DNA of 64,000 nt from Octopus sinensis. Lineage: Eukaryota. The notes beneath the pieces are model-generated. The model saw only the letters and a program-made list of their open reading frames with translations. It was not told where the DNA came from and did no database searches. The position numbers were made by a program, and so were the translations under genes. The stretch lies in contig NC_043001.1 of NCBI RefSeq assembly GCF_006345805.1, positions 22,320,001 through 22,384,000 of the forward strand, given 5' to 3'. Shown here in pieces: positions 39,020 through 52,884 of the stretch; the stretch's first letter is position 1; each line of letters begins with the position of its first letter.

Positions 39020-39905
39020 AAAATCAAAAAAATCAAATCAAAATCAAATCAAAATCAAATCAAATCAAATCAAAATAGATGAACATCAATGGAATTTGTA
39101 TCTTTGTGGTACCAGTACCGGTGGCACACAAGAAAACCATCTGAACGTGGCCGTAGCCAGTACCGCATCGACTGGCCTCTGTGATGTGGGCACATAACAA
39201 ACACCATCCGATCGTGGCCGTCCGCCAGCCTCATCTGGCACCTGTGTCGGTGGCACATAAAAACACCAACCTAAGACCCGGCAAGACTAGTCAGGCCATA
39301 ACCCGTGGCCCCTACTTGGGACGTAGTCAGTCCACCTGTGCATACCTTCCTTCCTTCTTGTGACACTTGTGAAGACCTGTTGAGGCAAGTGAAAATCAAA
39401 TCAAATCAAATCAAATCAAAATAGATGAACATCAATGGAATTTGTATCTTTGTGGTACCAGTGCCGGTGGCACACAAGAAAATCATCCGAACGTGGCCGT
39501 AGCCAGTACCGCATAGACTGGCCTCCGTGCTTTGGGGACGTAACAAACACCATCCGATCGTGGCCGTCCGCCAGCCTCATCTGGCACCTGTGTCGGTGGC
39601 ACATAAAAACACCATCCGAGCGTGGCCGTCTGCCAGCCTCGTCTGGCACCTGTGTCGGTGGCACATAAAAACACCATCCGAGCGTGGCCGTTCGCCAGCC
39701 TCGTCTGGCACCTGTGTCGGTGGCACATAAAATCACCCACTACACTCTCGGAGTGGTTGGCGTTAGGAAGGGCATCCAGCTGTAGAAACACTGCCAGATC
39801 TGACTGGCCTGGTGCAGCCTTCGGGCTCCCCAGACCCCAGTTGAACCGTCCAACCCATGCTAGCATGGAAAACGGACGCTAAATGATGATGATGATGATG
39901 ATGAT
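39020..39905 (+). mobile_element. RTE 3'-UTR copy with internal ~63-bp repeats; inverted near-identical partner of 26860..27500
   Basis: Mirror-image ORFs 39622..39882(+) and 26889..27149(-) are almost identical. Confidence 0.85.
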
Positions 39906-40407
39906 ATATATATAGTGGGTGCACGTAAAAAGCACCCACTACACTCGTGGAGTGGTTGGCGTTAGGAAGGGCATCCAGCTGTAGAAACACTGCCAGATCA
40001 GACTGGAGCCTGGGGCAGCCCCTGGCTCCCCAGACCCCGGTCGAACCGTCCAACCCATGCTAGCGCGGAAAACGGACGTTAAACGATGATGATGATGATA
40101 TATATATACAGCCAAAATATAAGGCTAACATAGTTCCCTAAAAGCCTTATTATTATGTGTTGAATTCACTTAAGCAATTATTACTCTTGTACTCTTTACT
40201 CTCTTTTTCTTGTTTCAGGCATTTGACTGTGGCCATGCTGGAGCAGCACCTTTAGTCGAGCAAATCGACCCCAGGACTTATTCTTTGTAAGCCTAGTACT
40301 TATTCTATCGGTCTCTTTTGCCGGCGACGTAAACACACCAGCATTGGTTGTCAAGCAATGTTAGGGGGGACAAACACAGACACACAAACATATATACACA
40401 CACACAA

Positions 40408-40452
<45 letters not shown>

Positions 40453-41607
40453 TAGGACAGGCTTCTTTCAGTTTCCGTCTATCAAATCCACTCATAAGGC
40501 ATTGGTCAGCCTGAGGCTATAGTAGAAACACTTGCCCAAGGTGCCATGCAGTGGGACTAAACCCGGAACCATGTGGTTGGTAAGCAAGCTACTTACCACA
40601 CAGCCACTCCTACACCTATATGTAAACACATAATTTTTAAATATTTCGACATTCTTCAAAGTAAGTTCTGAGTTCAACCTTTCATTCATCTGGTGTCAAT
40701 AAAATAAAGTACCAGTTAAGTACTGGAGTCAATGGGATCCACTAACAACCCTCCCTCAAAAACTGATGGTCTTTGTGCCTTAATTAGAAGCAATTATTCA
40801 TATTTATAAATGGTATGTTTGCAGAATCTCAACCATTTATTTTTTTCAGCCCCTAGGCTCTCAATTCGACAAGAACTATGAGACAAACATATTAAAGTCA
40901 ATGAAATAGGCATGCAATAATAATTCAAGATAGGAACACAGTTTCCATAGGTACTATTATCTTATTATGTTGATATTTTATTCATGATTCTAATTCCGAC
41001 TTAATTACACAGTAGAAAGCTCATGTGAAAAAACACTAATTATTAGCTGCAGTCCCCTGGTTTTATGATAAAAACTTCCTGTTTTAAAATGATCTAAATA
41101 AAAACTGTCCAACAAAATTCCATGTTAATTTACGTTCCAAACACTAGTTTAATAATAACAAAGATCATCATCATGATCATCGTTTAACATCCACTGTCCA
41201 TGCCGGCATGGGTTGGAGGGTTTAACGTGGAGCTGGCTAGCCACTAAATACCTTGTTATTTTCAAAATTAATTGAAACAGATGTAGCGTATTTCAACAAA
41301 AATACAGTAAGAAAAGTGTTAATAAACTATTTATAATTTGGGTTAGACTTTATCAATGGAAATATTTTTTTCAACATATATAATATACAAAAGACAAATT
41401 TCTTACAATTCTTTTCTTTAATTCAAAAAATTAAATGCTCTAATAAATGTCAAAAATTTATAGATGTTAAATAAGTCAAACGTAGATGTGGTGCATTTCA
41501 ACTTTGCAAAGGATTTCAACAAAGTTGTGGAATGATATGTCATAAGCTACGTGGTCTCAGCGTGACTGGAAATGTAGAAGAGTGGATGTGTGAGTTTTTA
41601 AGAAGCA

Positions 41608-41826
41608 GGAGGCACAATGGCCCAGTGGTTAGGGCAGCGGACTCAAGGTCAGAGGATTGTGGTTTTGATTTCCAGACCAGGCGTTGTGTGTGTTTATTGA
41701 GCAAAAACACCTAAAGCTCCACGAGGCTCCGGCAGGGGGTGGTGGTGACCCCTGTTGTACTCTTTCGCCCCAACTTTCTCTCACTCTTTCTTCCTGTTTC
41801 TTGAGTAACACTGCGATGGACTGGCG
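41608..41826 (+). mobile_element. Family A SINE, 3'-truncated
   Basis: GGAGGCACAATGGCCCAGTGGTTAGGGCAGCGG head. Confidence 0.8.
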
Positions 41827-43305
41827 TTTGGTGGAAGATTTTAATTCAGAACTTTTGAAAACAGGACATTTGTATTACAGAGCCAGAGGTGGTTTCAGCC
41901 AGGTTGGTTTTTATATGTTTTTTTTTTGCTGTCTGAAACAAGTCGGATCGATCGAGTCGGTCAATGACTTGAAGAAAGTGCTCATGGCTTTAACTGACCG
42001 CCTACCACTGGTCAAATCAATAGACTACGTTAAAGACTGCAAAGAAATGAAAGAATGTGTGAAGTGAGGAAAATAACATTGTTGGGGAGGCAGGTGGAGT
42101 GGTTAGAGTGGAGGGTAGGTGGTGAGGTGCAATAGGAATGGTGCCGAGCAGGTGAGACAGGTAAGGAAGATGCAACTGAGTGGAGAAGATCTGTGAGCAG
42201 ACACAAAAAAAACATGGCATATATGGATGTATATATGGATGTATCTTCTTCATCTTTTAACATCCGTTTTCCATGCTGGCATGGGTTGGACAGTTTGATA
42301 GGAGGTGGCAAGGCTGGAGAGCTGCACCAGGACCCAGTTGTCTGTTTTGGCAAGGTTTCTACAGCTGGCACAAAGCAACACCCCGCCTCACTATTACTGC
42401 CCCTATCCCATTTGAGGCGTTCTTGTCTGGCAAGGTACTTGGTGATCCTGTTGGTACTGGTCCCACATAAAAAGGACTAGTGATCATCATCATCATCATC
42501 ATTGTTTAACGTCCGCTTTCCATGCTAGCATGGGTTGGACGGTTTGACTAAGGGCTGGCAAACCAGATGGCTGCACCAGACTCCAATCTGATCTGGCAGA
42601 GTTTCTACAGCTGGATGCCCTTCCTAAAGCCAACCACTCCAAGAGTGTAGTGGGTGCTTTTACATGCCACCAGCACGAGGGCCAGTCAGGCAGTACTGGC
42701 AAAAGCCACGCTCAAATGGTGCTTTTTATGTGCCACCTGCACAGGAGCCAGTCCAGCAGCACTGGCAACGACCTCACTCGAATGTTTTGTTCACATGCCA
42801 CCAGTACAAGTGCTCGTAAGGCAACGCAGGTAACGATCATGCTCGAATGGTGTTTTTAAGATGCCATTGGCATGGAGGCCAGTTTGTTGCTCTGGCAACG
42901 ATCTCAGGCATATGGTACTCTTGAAGCTCCACTAGCACGGTGATGGCACCACATAAAAAGCACTGGTGATGGTGCCATGTAGAAACACTGGTGGTGGTGT
43001 CATGAAAAAGCATGCAGTACATTCAGTAAGGTGGCTGGCATTAGGAAGGGCATCCAGCTGTAGAAACCATGCTGGAGCAAACAGTTGGAACCTGGTGCAG
43101 CTCCTGTCAAACTGTCCAACCCATGCTGGCATGGAAAATGGTAATCATTAAATAACGATGTGTGTGTCTTTGCCATTGCCATGATATGATATGATATATA
43201 ATGATATATATAATATATATAATGATATAATATATAATGATATGATATAATGATACTTATACTATATATATATAATGATATGATATATAATGGTTCCAAA
43301 CGAGT

Positions 43306-43712
43306 GGCACAGGAGTGGCTTTGTGGTAAGTAGCTTGCTAACCAACCACATGGTTCCGGGTTCAGTCCCACTGCGTGGCATCTTGGGCAAGTGTCTTCTG
43401 CTATAGCCCCAGGCCGACCAATGCCTTGTGAGTGGATTTGGTAGACGGAAACTGAAAGAAGCCTGTCGTATATATGTATATATATGTATAAGTGTGTGTG
43501 TGTGTTTGTCCCCCTAGCATTGCTTGACAACCGATGCCGGTGTGTTTACGTCCCCGTCACTTAGCGGTTCGGCAAAAGAGACCGATAGAATAAGTACTGG
43601 GCTTACAAAGTCCCGGGGTCGATTTGCTCGACTAAAGGCGGTGCTCCAGCATGGCCGCAGTCAAATGACTGAAACAAGAAAAAGAGAAAGAGAGAAAAAG
43701 AGAGAAAGAGAG
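43306..43712 (+). mobile_element. Full-length family B SINE
   Basis: Head, body, internal microsatellite and (AAAAGAG)n tail are all present. Confidence 0.85.
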
Positions 43713-43875
43713 TATCAGCCTCATAAAAGTGATGTTGGTTCCAGCCTTCTTTGGAAAAAAAATCCTATCTGGCCACAGGGAAGAGGTTGGCAACATGAAA
43801 ATCAGTCAACTGCAAAAGAAGCCTGTCTCAATAAACTCCATCTGAGCCATGCAAGAATGGAAAATTGAACATTGA

Positions 43876-44323
43876 CCCTTTTGTTACCAACCCGGCTGAA
43901 ACTGGTTCTGGCTCTGAGTACAAAATGTCTTGTTTTCATAAGTTTTGAATTAAAATCTTCCACCAAACCTTAGTCACAATTTATGTTCCTCACACTAGCT
44001 GAATGATAACTAAGTTATTTTACTAACTTCTTTGTTTTATTTGAAATTAATTGAAAGAAACACAGAGCATCTCAACAGAAATATAGTAACAAGAGGGTTA
44101 AAATATATAATAGAGAAACAATCCTTAACCCTTTCGTTATCATCCTAACTGAAACCACCTCTGGCTCTGTAATGAATTAAAGTCTTCCACCAAACCTTAG
44201 TCACAATTTATGTCCCTAACACTAGCTTAATGATAACAAAGTTATTTTACTAAATTCTTTGTTATATTTAAAGTAATTGAAAGAAACACAAAGCATCTCA
44301 AAATAAATACAGTAATGAAAGGG
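43876..44323. mobile_element. Two adjacent piggyBac-type MITEs (43876..44097 and 44129..44323)
   Basis: CCCTTT...AGGG termini with TTAA (one TTGA) flanks; same family as 16059..16258. Confidence 0.85.
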
Positions 44324-46053
44324 TTAAACGATGATGGTGGTGATGATGGTGAGTATGTGTGCATGAAATTACAAAGTGACTCAGGAGCCAAGAATTTCGT
44401 GCATGGCACTTGGCAAACTCATTTCAAATTGGCAGACTCTTTTTATAAAGACACACAAATAATCCTACTTTAATATCCATTTTCCATGCTGGCATGGGTT
44501 GGACAGTTTGATAGGAACTGACAAATCAGAAAGCTGCACCAGGTTCCAATTCTGTTTTAGCATGGTTTCTACAACTGGATACCCTTCCTAATGCCAACCC
44601 CTACAGAGTGCACCAGGTGCTTTTTATGTGGTGCTGGCAAAGGTAATTTTTACATGGCACCAGCACCTGTGGGGTTGCCAAGTAGCTTGCAAGTCAAGAA
44701 CCTCTCAGCTGAGAGAGGGAGATGAAATGAGAAGTTACCATGAGCCAGGCAAAAGGTTGGGGCATGATAAAGAAACAGGGATGGCTGTTTTACTACAGAT
44801 GGACACTTAGCTTCTTTTAATAGAATCACATAGACAAGAGTCCAACCTATGTTGAATGTTTATTCTAAGTACGAAGGAGGTGAGGACTTATAAATGAAAC
44901 TATACTTGACCCTGGAGCATCATCAGTTTTCTGCTCACTGCCAAAAACAAATGTCTTATCATCATCTTCATCATTTAACATCTGCTTTCTGTGCTGGCAT
45001 GGGTTGGATGGTTTGACTGGGGACTGGTGAGCCAGAAGGCTGCACCAGGCTCCAATCTGGATGCTCTTCCTAATGCCAACCACTCCGAGAGTGTAGTGGG
45101 GGCTTTTACATGCCACCAGCACGAGGGCCAGTGAGGCTGTTCTGGCAACGACTTTGCTCAAATGGTGCTTTTTACGTGCCACCTGCACAGGAGCCAGTCC
45201 GGTGGCACTGGCAATGACCATGCTCAAATGCTGTCTTTCACATGCCACCAGTACATGTGCCAGTAAGGCGATGCTGGCACCGATCACGCTCAAATGGTGC
45301 TTATAAGTATTTTAATTCTGTTTTAATGGTAAACATAATTAGCTCTGGATTTTTTAGAAAAGGATTAGAAAAATTTGGATGCTCACATGAAGAACACATG
45401 TTTTCCAATTATCTGTCCCTATTAAAGTAGTTCAATAAATAATATAAGGTCATATATATATATATATACACACACATATTAGAGGGAAACCACTATGTAG
45501 ACACCCTTATGCTAGAAATAGATCCACTATGGTCTTACTACTAAGAAATGTTCTCAAGAAAATTTTAGCAAAAGAACCAAGTTTTTCCGGTAATTTAGCG
45601 CACCAAAACGAGGACATTTGAAATAGTAACCACGAGTGTAATGGGTAGGACTGTTTTACAAGTTTGAATTTGTGTGGACGTCCTAGTATGCAGTCCTGCA
45701 AATTATATTCATCTACAGTTTCTGTCAACCAAATTCACTCACAAGGTATTGGTTAGCCTTGGGCTATATATAGTAAAAGACACTTGCCCACAGTGCTGTG
45801 AGACTGAACCTGAAACCACATGGTTGCAAACCAAGCTTCTTAACCATGCAACCATGCCTGAGATAACTAGAAAAATGGTTTCTTCATTGGCCTCTAAACC
45901 TACAATATAATACAAGATGTGTCATGCAGAAAGGTGAAATAAACATTTGAGAACATACATACATAATAAAATAGTGGAAGTGAGGGACACAAAAATATAA
46001 TACACGGAAAAAAAGGTTAAAAATTTAAATACAATAAATCTGAATTTACTTAC

Positions 46054-47389
46054 ATCTTTGCTATTAGCTGAGTTTGGTGCGTCTTTGATATAAAATTTGT
46101 AAGGAACGGCATAACCTTGTTCATCTACATACACCTCTACATTGTTCAGTGCATCTAAATCATCACGAGATCTGCCAAACTTCGATGTTTCTAAATAGAT
46201 TGCATTATTACAATTAGACTTATTGTCAGGATGTATACTTTCCACACTTAAACATCTCCTCAGGTTAAAACTAGATTTTGAATTGTTTTCATCTGATATC
46301 ACAGAATTTTTAACAACTGAGGGCTTTGAGTTACTGTTGACAGTTTTTAAAGAATTCCTCAATCCCTTATCTTTTTCTTTATCTGATAATGGAGATTTAG
46401 GGGCAGGTGGCCGAGGTGGGGGTGGACGGGGTGGCCTTTTGTGAGCATTTTCAGTTTTTGGTTTAGATATTTTATTAGGAGTTGTCATCTCATATATCTC
46501 ATTTTCTTTAAAGACAACAGATTCCTTATTTTTTAAAAATAAATCATGTTTATAAGTCCGAGGTGGTTTTTTAGGTGGTGTACCAGTTGGAAGATTAAAT
46601 GGTTTTGGCGGAATTTTAGGAATTTTGCTTTCTGTATTTTCTTTATCCATCATGTCAACCTGAGATTTGGTATCACTGCATAATGGTGAGGTGTTTGCTG
46701 TAGTATCTTTTCTATTGGAATCTCTTACCGATGAGTGCCTAGTCACTTTTTTATGTTGAAGGCCGTCCCGACCGTATAAAGCGGTGTTAGGCCTAGCTGC
46801 AATTTCAGGTTTTTTAGGTGTTTGGAAACTTTTAGATTTGTTCAAAACTTCGTTAGAACGATCTATGTCCTCACATCCATAATTTGCAAAACCGTCAGAT
46901 TTTCTTTCTTTTTCATACGAGTTACTACGTTGACTGGTAATACAATCAGAGAACCCTCTCTTGTGATTTGGTACAAACGGTCGGAGTTGACAGTTACCGT
47001 TATTACTCTCTGAGTTAGCAATTTCCGTTTGTGCTACCTCATTGCTTTCATTCTTTATAAGTGAATCTCGCTTGACACGTGGAATGACAACAGGAGGAGT
47101 AGGCTTTTCTTCAAGATCAACTTTTTTAACTTTGACTGTAGGTTTTGGTGGGATCACTGCTGATGACCTTGGTGCTGGTTTAGGAATAGGGGCAGTGTTG
47201 TGAAAGACACTGTCGTTTGAACTATTGTCATTTTCCACCTGTGAAGTGAGTTTAGCTTGTTCAAACTTTAGTCTAATGTCATTAAACCTTCCAGGTGGGA
47301 GATTCTGCACTTCTTGTTGACTTTCATCATCCATCATTTCTTTTGTTTGAGAATATCCATCAAGATTTATATTTCCAGCAAATAATTTT
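46054..47389 (-). CDS. DENND2: DENND2/ST5-like gene, large N-terminal exon (1336 nt; disordered Pro/Ser/Lys-rich region)
   Basis: Covers the 471-aa ORF. Acceptor ttttgtttcAG precedes 47389 and the frame stays open to ATG 47337. Donor GTAAGT follows codon GAT (..ANSKD) at phase 0. PxxP motifs and KKPPRTY resemble DENND2-family N-termini. The start codon or upstream exon is uncertain. Confidence 0.85.
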
Positions 47390-48929
47390 CTGAAACAAAA
47401 ACAAAAAAATATAGTTATATAAAGCTGGATTTAACCATGTGCAATTTTACACCATTTAAATGAAAGGCATTAATTATTTACCACATTTCATGACAAATAA
47501 GAGGCATTCCCCCACCCCCAAATAATATCATCATCATCGTTTAACATCCGTTTTCCATGCTAGCATGGGTTGGACGGTTTGACCAGGGTCTGGGAAGCCA
47601 GGAGGCTGCGCCAGGCTCCAGTCTGATCTGGCAGTGTTTCTACAGCTGGATGCCCTTCCTAACACCAACCACTCCTTAAAAAAAAAAATCACCCTAGATC
47701 CGATTGCAGAGTTAGGCCAGTATTACATGATTTAATTCACTACAAACATTTCTTCTTGAATATGTGCTGCTGAAATTAGGGTGCATCTAATATGTCCATG
47801 CATCTTTTATGCAACAGAATATCATATATATTCAGGTTACACATGCTTTAGTTTGTTTTTACCCCAATTCAACAATTAATAGGTATATAGACTGTTAATT
47901 CTTCACACATGTGTTCATTCTAATGGTAGATGTGAGCATAAACTGAAAAACTGGACAGTTACTTCTTTTCACTTAGCAATAGAAATCTAATACATTACTT
48001 CTACAAATGAATTATCTAGTTAAGAACAATTCATAAGTAACCTCATGAAAGCTGACATACATTTATAACACGTACATAAACATACACTGTATGTAAATAC
48101 ATAGGAGATGTATATTCATTCATTTGTTTGTTTAATGGCTCTTTTACTTGTTTCAGTCATTTGACTGAGGCCATGCTGGAGCATCGCCTTTAGTCGAGCA
48201 AATCGAGCCCAGGACTTATTCTTTGTAAGCCTAGTACTTATTCTATCGGTCTCTTTTCCCAAACTGCTAAGTTACAAGGATGTAAACACACCAGCATCGG
48301 TTGTCAAGCGATTTTGGAGGGACAAACACAGACACACAAACATAACACACACATACATATATATATATTTATATATACATATATACGACGAGCTTCTTTC
48401 GGTTTCTGTCTACCAAATCCACTCACAAGGGTTTGGTCATCCCGAGGCTATAGTAGAAGACACTTGCCCAAGGTGCCACACAGTGGGACTGAACCTGGAA
48501 CCATGTGGTTCATAAGCAAGCTACTTACCACACAGCCACTCCTACATCTGTTTTTTTTTTTCCATGCATGCATAGGTTGAACAGGAATATATTTGAAGCA
48601 GTGTCTGGATGTCACACTAACTTCTACATTTTATAAGGGATTTATTCCACAGGTCTTCAAAAGTACAGAATAAGTTATCATATTTGCTGAATCTGTAGAA
48701 AGAGTGTTCATGACACTTGCATGGCCTCTAATAATGGCAAGTTTCATGCAGTCAGTGTTTCGTTAAATTGCTACAGAAGAAAGACATGAGAAAGGGGATC
48801 CTTGAGGACTGATACTCTGAGGAGGAAATACTAAACATGGTGGTTAGTGCCAAGCAGGATGAGGTTGGATGCAACAAGGGTGATAAGAGGTGGAGAGATG
48901 GGTGGGTCAGGAGCCTGGGTGATGGAGGA

Positions 48930-49870
48930 TGTTAGATATCAAATGACTCTCCTAAGGGAAAAGAAAATAGGTGCTTAAACACGTGTTTTTTCCAAAACTT
49001 CATAAGTTTAAATTTTCTCTCAGTAAGCAAATTTGTTTTAGACCGGACTAAAGTTTTATCCATTGGTAACTTGGAAACTTGTAAATTTTTTATTTTGTTG
49101 TTTTTGATGATATTTGTTATGTCATTTACGTACACTATGAAGAGGACACCTCTGGTGACTGTTGCTGGGATTTTGTGGGTTCAGCATGTTAAACCCAAAA
49201 CATGCTGAGTTCTGCTTACCTGCAAATACTTAATCTAATGTTATAACCTGTAAGAGAGTTTTAACAGTAGAATGTTAAAAGTTGTGTCTGTGTGTCAAAG
49301 GCTTTGCTGAAGTCAAGATTTGAAACATCTGTATTTCATCATTCTCCTAAAACTTTTGGAATGTCATCAAAGCAAACGTAGAAAGCTTTTTTAAGCAGTC
49401 TTTGCTACAATGAAAACCATGCCAATTGAAATTTAGGAGATTGTTACCCTCCAGGAAGTTAGTTGTTCTTGACCTTACCAACCTATCAAATATTTTGATA
49501 ATGAGAGATAAATGAGAGCAGGCAGTATAAATTATTTCCTTGTTGAAAAATAAGATAAAAAATTAGGATAGGAAATGTTTGGATACACAGCCTGCATCTA
49601 ACAATTTTCTCCAGAGATTAGCTAGATGAGATGCAAGTTAGTGTTGGTATTCCATCTGGGTGCTAGCAGGGAATCTATTGGGAAGGCTACTGAAGAGTGA
49701 TATTTAATTTCATTTATTGCTGTGAATACATCTGTGATGTTGAAAGATATGTTGAAAATCTGTAGGGAGTTGGATTCATTGATACTACCAAAGTTAAGAT
49801 CAGTGGGATCACTAAAGACAAAATAGTATTTCTGTAGAATCTCTATCTTTTCTTTGACATCATTCACAAA
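48930..49870 (-). mobile_element. Decayed CR1/L2-type LINE RT fragment
   Basis: Minus-strand motifs HGFH, LDFSKAFDT and LFIVYVND. Confidence 0.75.
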
Positions 49871-51289
49871 AGAAACAATGATGTAAGCAAAAGGTATGGG
49901 CAAATGTAAATGCAAATTTTTACAAGTTTACTAAAAGAAACAGAAGTGAGTCATTTTAGATATATCAAAATATATTTATTTACTGCACTTTCAAAAATTA
50001 TACTGAGTTACTACCAGCTCAGAAAAAAATGTTAAAAACAGAGTTTAAAATATCTTTTTAGTGAAAAAAGTCCTTGTGGGAGGAATTATTCTATGAGTAA
50101 GTGCTATAAGAGTGATTCAGATAAATTCTTTTATTCTTTTACTTGTTTCAGTCATTTGACTGTAGCCATGCTGGAGCACTGCTTTTAGTCGAACAAACTG
50201 ACCCCAGGACTTATTCTTTGTAAGCCTAGTACTTATTCTATCAGTCTCTTTTGTTGAACAGCTAAGTTACAGGGATATCAAGCGATGCTGGTGGGGGTAC
50301 AAACACACACACACACATATGATGGGCTTCTTTCAGTTTCCGTCTACCAAATCCACTCACAAGGCTTTGCTCGGTCTGAGGCTATAGTAGAAGACACTTG
50401 CCCAAGAACCATGTGGTTGGTAAGCAACCAACTTACTACACAGCCACTCCTGCACCTCCACACAGCCGTATGTAAAAATAAAATAAGTAAATATGGGCGT
50501 GTAAGTTTTGGAAACTTGTAAAAGAGCAATTGTGACATGTCTGTGTTTGAGTATGACAAAGCAGTTCAGTTAAAATGTGTGAAAACGTCTTAATAGCTAG
50601 TATATATAAAAATGATTGTGTCTGATTCTATGTAAAACACATAGAATTAGAACAAATGTAAAACAAGGCAAGATCCCATGAAAAAAAAAAATTATCAGAT
50701 GACCAAGAAATGGGCTTTCAAATTATTGGCAAAACTTCCTGTTGCTTGCACACACACACACTGTGGCTATCTGCTCCCTGCAGAGCTTGACCTCTTCTTG
50801 TACCTATAATTGCTCTTTCCTTGCATGAAATCTTAAATTTCATGCAAGCGCTGGTGATGGTGCCACATAAAAAGCACCGAGTACACTCTGTTAAGTGGTT
50901 GGCATTAGGAAGGGCATCCAGCTGTAGAAACCAAACCAAAACAGACTATGAAACCTTGTGTGGTTCTTGGCCTCGCTGGGTTCTATCAAGCCATCCAGCA
51001 TGGAAAACAGACATTAAATGACGATGATGATGAATAGACACTACAGAGTAGTAAAGACTCCTAATGAACGCCCAACCCAGAAACAGATGTAAAAAAAAAA
51101 AACTACCTGCACTTTCCAATCTGTTGCAAAGACTAGTGATTCCCAAGATTTTTGCTCACCTGTCTAGGTTGAACTAACAGAAATTCTCCTCTATCTCGTC
51201 TTCCTATCTCATAAACTTCCTAGATTTATACTTGTCTATGAGGAATAACTATGAACTTTCACTCTCCAGATTCTCTGGATTTTCTCCTA

Positions 51290-51865
51290 AATGATGCCTG
51301 GATGCCATAAATCATGAACCACTAGTTAAGAAGGAGAAAATCATTTTGCCACCACTGCATATAAAATTAGTCATAATGAAACAATTTACCAAAGCACTGC
51401 AACATATCAAGGCAATCTTCCATAAAATAAGTGATGCCAAGATTAAAGAGGGCATGTTCATAGGCCCTCAGGTACAATAACTTATAGCTGATGAGGACGT
51501 CAAGGTGATAATGGATGAAACTGAGCTAGCAGTGTGTCATGCATTCAAGGATGTATGCAAAGGACTTCTGGGAAAGCACCAAGTGGCTCAGCAAGAGAGT
51601 GTAGTGGAGAGCCTAATCAAGTGCTACCCAGAACTTGGATGCAATATGTTACTGAAGATACACTTTCTTCATTCTCATCTGTCCTTCTTCCCAGAGAATG
51701 CAGGAGATGCGAGAGTTAAACATGGAGAGAGATTCCATCAAGATATAACATCAATGGAAAACAGGTATAAGGGAAAATGAAGCCCAGCTATGCTGGCTGA
51801 CTTCTACTGGAACCTGAAGCATGGTACACCTGAGAAGTCTTATAAACAAAGAAGTAAATACTAAA
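51290..51865 (+). mobile_element. Transposase C-terminal fragment, Chapaev3-like (CMC)
   Basis: LHIKL.IMKQF, ISDAKIKEGMFIGPQ, GCNMLLKIHFLHSHL, HGERFHQDI, MLADFYW, with stops. The family name is from recall. Confidence 0.65.
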
Positions 51866-52049
51866 ATTTAGGTTAGTACATTAAATAATGCTAACAAACA
51901 TGCTGATTCATTATATATTTATGAATCAATTACAATGAAGAAATTTAATCTGACTTTGAGAGCAAAATAAATTTATGGTATCAAGGAAATTGGTATAAAT
52001 TGCATAGGCAAAGGAGCGGCTGTGTGGTAAGTATGATGTAGTTAAATAA

Positions 52050-52380
52050 TATATTGATTACCAACCTCTAGCCTGTTGTTAATTTGGGGCCCTAGTCTGT
52101 GAGGATAGCTTCCTTAATTATTAGACTACCCAAATTTCTGTCATTGGTCAATTGTGACTGTTATGCTTTTGTCAGTGATCCAGCATCTATGTTTTCTGAA
52201 GGAGAAGGCTCTTGTGTTCAGATGTTCTCTGATGCAAATGTGTAACGGTCTTGTTGTGCTACCCACATAGGACTTGTTGCATTTGTTACGTTGGATTCGA
52301 TATACAACATTTATCTGTTGGCATAAACCTGTGTCATGGACGGGGCAGTTAATTGTTGTGTTACTCGACCAACACAACAA
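52050..52380 (-). mobile_element. Penelope GIY-YIG endonuclease fragment
   Basis: NVVYRI..NKCNKSYVGSTTRPLHICIREHL. Confidence 0.8.
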
Positions 52381-52399
52381 CTAACAACGCTACACCATA

Positions 52400-52884
52400 C
52401 TATGTATTCCAGAATTATCTATCTGTTTCAATGAAATTGAGCAAATTTTAAAAAACACTGACAGAATTTTATGTTTATTACCAAAACAAATAGATTTATA
52501 AATCTTATGTCAAATTTTTATTGAAAAATTTCAACATGTCTGCATCCCTGCATACTTCAAATCTCTCCTTAGTGTTGTGAAACACATTTTGAAGCATTTC
52601 AGGGGTTAGCTCTTGCACTGCTAACTGAATGTGTTCTTCACGCTCAACTAAATGATTGCTCCATCTTGGGGATGGAAGTAAAGAAAATGATTGCTGCCAA
52701 ATGGAAAAAAAGCTGTCATGGACAAATAAGAGGGGTCCAACAGGAATGAAAATAAAATTATAATCAAATTTCAAAATTTATACACTTTTACCACATATTG
52801 AACATGATACACATAAATAAAAGTGAGTTTTAAAGAAAATGCATCCGATTTCACTCAAATCATCATTAATTCTGGGACACCCTG
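52400..52884 (-). mobile_element. Tc1/mariner deletion derivative
   Basis: Terminus TA-CAGGGTGTCCCAGAATT; C-terminal-like peptide AVQELTPEMLQNVFHNTKERFEVC. Confidence 0.6.

Noticed and set aside
45922-46053. Hydrophobic, TM-like C-terminus of the 471-aa ORF
   Set aside because: Read-through past the GTAAGT donor at 46053 into T-rich intron.
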